A DNA stretch of 64,000 nt from Pseudogymnoascus verrucosus. Taxonomy: Eukaryota. The notes under the pieces are model-generated. The model ran no database searches. It was not told where the DNA came from and saw nothing but the letters and a program-made list of their open reading frames with translations. The stretch lies in the NCBI GenBank assembly GCA_001662655.1, contig KV460268.1; one strand, given 5' to 3'. Both the position numbers and the translations under genes were made by a program. Positions 57,703-64,000 of this stretch are shown here, piece by piece (the stretch's first letter is position 1; every line of letters begins with the position of its first letter).

Positions 57703-60700
57703 CTACTCCCTCTTTCCCTTACTATTCTCATGCATCTCGTCAAAATCAAAGCTAACAACACCTACCAAGCTTTCAATGCTCGTTACTAGAATATCTAGGT
57801 TATAAATAATCATACTTGATATAATCTCCATAACCGAGTATGCCGAATACCCCAACTCTTGTATATGTTTAATATGCAAGACCTCTGGATCTAACTCCCT
57901 CAGCTTCTGCGAAAGCTGATATGGTTTAGTAGGTTCAATTTTAGCTGGTAGTGCTCGACCAGTAGACACAGCAGCCGACAGTTGGGAGAGTATAGAGGTT
58001 ATCCTCTCTTCAGTTGGGTTTATCGGCCCAATTAGCTTAGAGAGATCCGTTAACCATTGACGGCTGCGGGAGGAGTGGTGGAAATAATCTTTAGTAGGCC
58101 CGTCGACTGCCCAGACTTGGGTTGCGTAGGATAAGAGAGATATGTAGTCAAGAAGTCTACACCAAGGAGTTAATTAGAAATCTAGAAGCGAGATGAACGT
58201 GGGGTCGACTGCGAAATGAGCTTACACTGTGAGCTGTGACAGGATATCTTCGAAAATTGCCACAGGGAAACGTCCGCCTAGACTAGGCTCGTATTTTTGA
58301 AGGTAGACGTTATGCTTCATGGAAGAACTGAGAATCATCATCTTATTGAACATCGCATTTCGTGTATGTGACAACACCCGCCCACGGCTATGTTTATCGT
58401 CCATATCGCCCTCATTCCCGCGTAGTCTAGCCTTGATCGTAGCATGAACGACGGCATGGTAATTGGCGAGCAAATGCATAATAACTGCCATGTCCTTGCG
58501 AAGAAGTCCTCTGGCTGTGATGGGGTATGGAAGATAGGTGAAGAAAATGGACGCGCATGTTCCCCATAACACACAGGCAACACGCATCGCTGCGACGCTG
58601 TATGGTGGGAAAAAAAATGTCCCTGTTGACGTTGCAGCTGGGATGCCTATTTTCGCAACTTGAAGCTCGTAGCCAATAGACAGAACTTCAGTGATTAGAA
58701 TGACAAGCCATCCGATGATGTATTTGGGCCATCTGATGAGGAAGTACATCTGGATAAAGGATGCGAACCACATAAAGACAATGACTCCACTGTAACAATG
58801 TTAGCTTTACGAGTTACGGGCAATTTATACAGGGCACTGAAATACTCACGGGACTTTGCCAGCAGGGATGTACCAAACTAAGTAGCAAATTATCAATGCC
58901 GCAAATGAACCAAGAATCCGGAGCACATATGATACCCCAGATTGTCCCGCTGACATATTGGCCCCAATGGCTGCGATAATCACTGCCCAAATAAGACGAT
59001 AGTGCGTGAAAAGATACTGGGTCTGATGAAGGTATGCAATAATGGCACAAGACATAGTAGCACTAATCACCCCGTTAGTACTATTAATAATAAGATCCAT
59101 ACTCTACTCTGCTCACCATGCTGATCTAAAACCAAAACTGAATTCAGGCCCCTTAAGGAATTCCTGAAATCTTCTCACGCGGGTTCCAAATCTTTCATAT
59201 GCATTTTTAGGTGGAAGGTGCTCGATATTGCTTGTAGTCCTGTTCGAAGTTCCATAGAGTAATTTGTTCTCTTCTTTGGAATCCGGTCTGTCATCATCGG
59301 CCAAGGGTGCACCTGCCGTATCCCAAACACTTAAAAACCATTTCCCCAATCTTCGAAATGAAGGGACAATGAGACGACGTTTTGCCATGATGCCTTCAGC
59401 AATCATCTTGTCGGAAAATTTTGACATTTCAACCACCGCTATGCCGGCGGTGTAGAGCTATTTGCACACGTCAGATGCAGTTCAATAAGAATACGACCCC
59501 AGCACGTCTAACGATGTGCTTCTTGCTTACCATGTGTTGGATATATAAGATTAGGTATAATTGTTGGCGATCTCTTCGCACATGACCATCAGCTGGATCT
59601 TCGTCCACATCGAATTCACCAAGATTTTTCATTGTCTCCAACTGAGCTGGTGACAGGCCTTTGCTCTCCGCCCATGCTGCTAAGGATTCGACCCTTCCCG
59701 TCGAGAATTCGTCTAGTTTGTCCTCCAGGAACTTCGAGAAGTTCGGATCGCCCGGCTTAATTTTCCCCTCGCCAGCTTCACGATCTATTGACTTAGTCCT
59801 TTTAGCACCCGGCACCCAATTGAGGAAATTTTTAGTCCCTGGTCTGGATACGATTTCAAGTTGTAGCGCAGCATGCTCGAGTCCGTCGTTCATAGCTTCG
59901 ATTAAAGAGGTAGCAGGCTCAACCAGGGCATCGATGGAATGTTGCCATACTGTCTCGTATGCCTCTTGGCTATGACCCTGGGGTGGCATAGTTCTGTCGA
60001 CGCCATCTTTTGTTCTAGACTCGAAGTCGCAGGGGATCCATCCTCCACAATCCCCAATTCGCTTCAAGATATCTGGCATATTAGCTATGCCGCCACTAAG
60101 AATGGTTAGTAAGGTTCTTATATAACGTGAAATGGTGATTGGTAAAGAAGGAACTGTGATCTTACAGAGGCATCAAAATGTGTCGACAAAGATCAGTAAT
60201 GGCATTAATATCTCTAGCTCGTAATTTTCCCCAGGCAATCTCTCGTTTCGCCATAGCGAGTTCATGACGCATCTTAGTGTACAGAGCCTTCACTTCAACC
60301 ATTTTTTGCTGGATTTCAGCGCCATCCCATGCCTCTTGCTGTGCTTCAACTTCATCTTGGATTTGGCCATCCTCGGAAGTAGGAAAGGTCGGCGTCGTTT
60401 TTAGATTGCCTAGATATCGCGCAGACTCTCGGAGCATACATTGGACGGCTTCAATATACTTCTCTTGAACTTCGAAAATTTCCGACCGACATGTGACAGG
60501 ATATATAATCATTCCTGATACGAACGAGATGGCGACACCAGAGTAATAGCACTTTACTGTTAAGTATATTAAGTCCCAGCATTGTTTCCAGGTGGTAAAC
60601 CGCGAACAGGATGTGAATTGAACAATGACGAAGATGTTGTATAAGATTGTTGGGATCAAAAGTGCTGGATATCTTGCTTGTAAACTGTTGCATAGCATGA

Positions 60701-61224
60701 TGTTGAAAAAAAGCCAAACAGCCGTTATAGCTAGCCACCAGTTAGCTCCTAACATCTCCATTTTTTTTCGTGGGTAGACAGTGATGCTAGTTGAGTATAT
60801 TTACTTACCACTTTGTGATGAGTTGTATGCATGTAATCCCTCTGGATCAGTGTGAAAGCGAGCTTGTAGTCCTGACCACGTTGCCAGCATGGTTACTGGG
60901 ATGGCAATGGCAGTGAAGGTGCATATACCAAGTGTCATCTGGATCAGTTCCGCACGCGGCAAAAGATTGACTGTGACGACTGCAATAATGGCTACCAAGA
61001 ATCCTAAAGACGAGTAGACCTCGGATACGGCAGTGCTCTGATAAATTCCTAATGAAATGGCAACAGGCACGGAACCCCTGTTTAGGTGTCAGTGTCGAGT
61101 GCTTAGTATAATATATACAGCTGCAAGATAGGATAGAGTACTTGAACATCAGACACAACATCTTCATATCGATACCGAGGGATTCCCACCCAGCCTTAAG
61201 GCGCCGGCCAATGGAGTATGTCAT
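57703..61224 (-). CDS. ArAE/FUSC-like multi-pass transporter (ER 6TM N-terminal plus DUF2421-type)
   Basis: Eight exons join in frame via GT-AG introns: MFK|GSVPVAISLGIYQS, YNSSQSAI, AKREIAWGK, EHLPPKNAYERFG, FGFRSAC, IGYELQV.KIG, EPSLGGRFP. Confidence 0.85.
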
Positions 61225-61361
61225 TTCTAAGCTCTTGTGGAAGCTATGAGCTTCCAAGTAATGAAGGATACTCTCACGGGATTCTAGAGTAGTAGAATAT
61301 ATGACGTTCAATTTACAATTGATATAATTCACATTAATGAAGGAACAGAGAGAGGTGTTAA

Positions 61362-61396
61362 TAAAATACGTCCCGCATGATGCGGCACGTATTTTA
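61362..61396. promoter_or_regulatory. 35-bp near-perfect palindrome containing everted CCG-N7-CGG
   Basis: TAAAATACGT-c-CCGCAT-g-ATGCGG-c-ACGTATTTTA, about 140 bp upstream of the transporter ATG. Confidence 0.6.
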
Positions 61397-61519
61397 CTAC
61401 TTGCCGCCCTCCGGACGCCCTCCGGTTCCAGGTGGCAAATGTACTGTAACTTCCCCAAAATATAAGCTTTCGTAATGTACGGAGCATAGAATATAGCTTT
61501 ACCTTTTCAGCCTAGCTGT

Positions 61520-61828
61520 CCCGTTCCTATTAAATCCAGGAGGAAAAATGCACCAGACTTTACAGAAAGGGGAGGCTTATCCAAAAGTCATCTGGTGCTG
61601 TTTTCATAGAATTTATGACGAAACATTTCAATGGGGAAGGATGCTCTGATGGGATTCAACATAGGATGGTAGGTCATTACGTCAGTTCTAATCGATTGCC
61701 GGAACAACCGCATAGCGAACGCTACTGCCCGTTCCTGTTAAATCCGGGAGGAAAAACGAAAAACAAATGCACCGGGCTTCACGGAAAGGAGAGGCTTATC
61801 CAGAAGTCACTTGGTGCTGTTTTCATAG
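61520..61828. repeat. Diverged direct duplication (61520-61609 and 61728-61828)
   Basis: Manual alignment gives 90 aligned nt, 10 substitutions and one 11-nt indel. Confidence 0.9.
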
Positions 61829-62502
61829 CATATTTGCCGTGTTCAAGTACCTTCGGCAGCTGGCTCGGGTCGAATTGACAACAGCCCGAAATTTGTAGCC
61901 TTCGCTATGGGGCTGGTCTGGCAATCGATTGAAACTGACGTAATGACCCACCGCTAAAATGCTCTTCTCATTCGTACATGCAATTAGCAACCCGCACCTT
62001 CCCGTGACATCCAGCAGGAGATCCGTGAGTTTTTAGTTGAGACAGACAGATGTCTGCTTCCACCCATATCCCCAACCATATCCCTCATTCTATGCGCAGA
62101 CAAGCACTCCGCATAGTCTCGCCGCAGACATGCGCTCCACCTCCTCGCTTTAGCGCCTGTTGCCTCCATAATTTCTAAAAGCGCTACTTGTTGTCGTGGC
62201 GCTCCTAATTGAAATCATTGCACGCCAAGGGAAACAACAACGTCTATAATCATGCCTTCAATTCCATACGCCTACATCAACTATGCTTGTTATTACGTCT
62301 ATGAATCTTCTATTATTACCTATACGATGGTAGTCTCTGGATCTCCTTAGATTTCCTTAAGGCTTAGGTTTTAGATCTTGCATCTTGCATCTTGCATCTT
62401 GAATTGGAGAGAAAGGAAAGCAGATGTCGTTAACAAGGCTAGAAGTATTAGCTAGAGTAGGGTTGTAAACTTCAAGTATGAGAATTATGATGTGATTTAA
62501 AA

Positions 62503-64000
62503 TTAGACGAGAAATCGATTTAGTATCTCAGATCCAGTTGTTAAATGATGAATATAACCTTGAGTTTCATGAGATGACGGTGACCAATCGACCGGAGTTT
62601 CTTCAATGGGCTCCGAATCTTTCCACGCGCAAGGCCGAGTATACCGCTGCAGAAACTGGAGCATCCAGTTGTCCATTCTAAAGCTCGTGTTCATGTTCTT
62701 CCTGCACGCCTCGTGGAAAACCTGCAGTCTACTCAGTGATAGGTCGAGCAGTGGCCAGTACTTTCGCAACCGAATCAGCATTTCGAAGTTTTGCTTCAAG
62801 AATTGCTTTGCTTCCTCTATCTGTTGATCATTGGTGGCGAAGAGCAGCGTGTGTAAATGAACTGATGATGAGATGACTAACAAATGGCCAGTCACTACCC
62901 AGACGCATTCGCAGTTTAATGTCGAATTAGCTGTCCATAATAAGGAGCTCAGATGTTTCGCATGCTCTTTGCATCTATTAGCGTAAGTATATCTCATAAT
63001 AGGATCAGGAGTAGACTTTGGATCGTAATGGAGAAACTGGTAATAGAGAAGTTGACTATGATGGTGGTAGTGTAGATGTAACCAAACAAACGTTCGACCG
63101 TGACCTAGTTGGTGGTATCGTTTGAAATTTTCCGGCGTGTTTTTCAATCCTTCTGGTAGTCGGAGCAACCAGGAATCTAAGCGGTGTGCAAGAAGTGTTG
63201 CTTTTTTATAGATGTCGATATCGTTACTAGGATCTCGTACCGTTAATTCGTGTAGTTCTTCGATCTGACTTATCATATCAGTCAACGGAATCATCTGTGC
63301 CCACAAGCTTGATTCTCGCTCTAAGATCACATCTTCAATCCGTCGTTCTTTCTCAAAATCAACGGGCCCTGGTTTGAGTAATTCGAAAGATAGATCATCC
63401 ATTGGTTTTGGGTAGCTTGGTTCCAAGTGGAGTTGCTTTGGATGACGTGCACCAGCAGATGACCAATTGTCCATCGACCATGTCGTCCACCAAACTAGCC
63501 AGACCATTAGCCCTCGGTTTCTCAAAAAAAGAAGGGACTCACGTCTAATTTGAACCTCTCGTTCAACTCGATCCATACTTAATACTTTCGGTAGTTCCAA
63601 GCGTTGTGCCATGCGGATTGCAAGAGCTCCATACAGTGATTCAGTCTCCATGTCTCCTTCTATGAAGCTAATATGGAGTAGCAGAGAGCATGCCTGAAGT
63701 GCCTCGATTGAAATGGGAGTCGTGCGACGATCGAAAAGGCGTATACTCTCCTCAGCCCAAGCACGGCCGCGCGACCATGGATCAGTGCCATGAAAATAAG
63801 GATTCTCCGAGAATCTAGCCAAAGTGAGCTGCTTAACTTTGAAACTCTGGGGTTCAGTCCACAAACCTTGCTGCTAAAGATATGATGGCAAACACAAGGA
63901 ACATCGGTGCCCTCCCCTCATACACGCTGGCGATGAAGGTTGGCGGATGAAAGAGACTGTGCTGCTTGTCGTGAATGAGCTTGAAATAGAGATCGACCAG
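62503..64000 (-). CDS. Fungal-specific transcription factor (Zn2Cys6-type middle homology region), 5' part outside window
   Basis: LVDLYF...SLFHPPTF...AIISLAAR|FS, IEALQACSLL, LAIRMAQRLEL, REVQIR(L)WWT.W.MD.W. The Zn cluster itself is not in the window. Confidence 0.88.

Noticed and set aside
1..64000. CRISPR array, rRNA, intact transposon or secondary-metabolite cluster
   Set aside because: No repeat-spacer array, rRNA, transposase/RT ORF, or PKS/NRPS/terpene synthase was seen.

Overview
Eukaryotic nuclear DNA from a filamentous ascomycete (Pezizomycotina). This rests on short GT-AG introns with CTRAC branch sites and on fungal gene families; the genus cannot be fixed from sequence alone. 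About 22 protein-coding genes can be assembled by hand across introns. Most are housekeeping genes: an Mgr3-like TPR protein, a cytochrome-b5-like heme/steroid-binding protein, TMEM19/DUF92, SAGA Ada1, gamma-tubulin complex GCP3, Aip1, a PhyH dioxygenase, a class I chitin synthase, Get3, HIU hydrolase, Cdt1, Mbf1, Nbr1, Btz/CASC3 and Tom70. There is also an intron-containing tRNA-Leu(UAA). Accessory-looking patches lie at about 4-8.4 kb, 19-21 kb and 57-64 kb. The most notable oddities are: (1) a decayed fragment resembling a DUF3435 'Starship captain' recombinase C-terminus at the junction between TOM70 and an AT-richer transporter/Zn2Cys6 island with a 35-bp operator-like palindrome; (2) a C2H2 gene that is full length only if a weak alternative 3' splice site is used, and that has an out-of-frame coding-like tail; (3) a kinase-like gene broken by a single UAG; (4) a perfect 22-bp foldback with TSD-like flanks in a 3' UTR; (5) two consecutive GC-AG introns in one small gene; (6) 9-nt-periodic TACTAAC arrays; (7) repeated C-rich to G-rich compositional modules. 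No clearly complete novel system could be proven. All family assignments come from motif recognition, not database searches.
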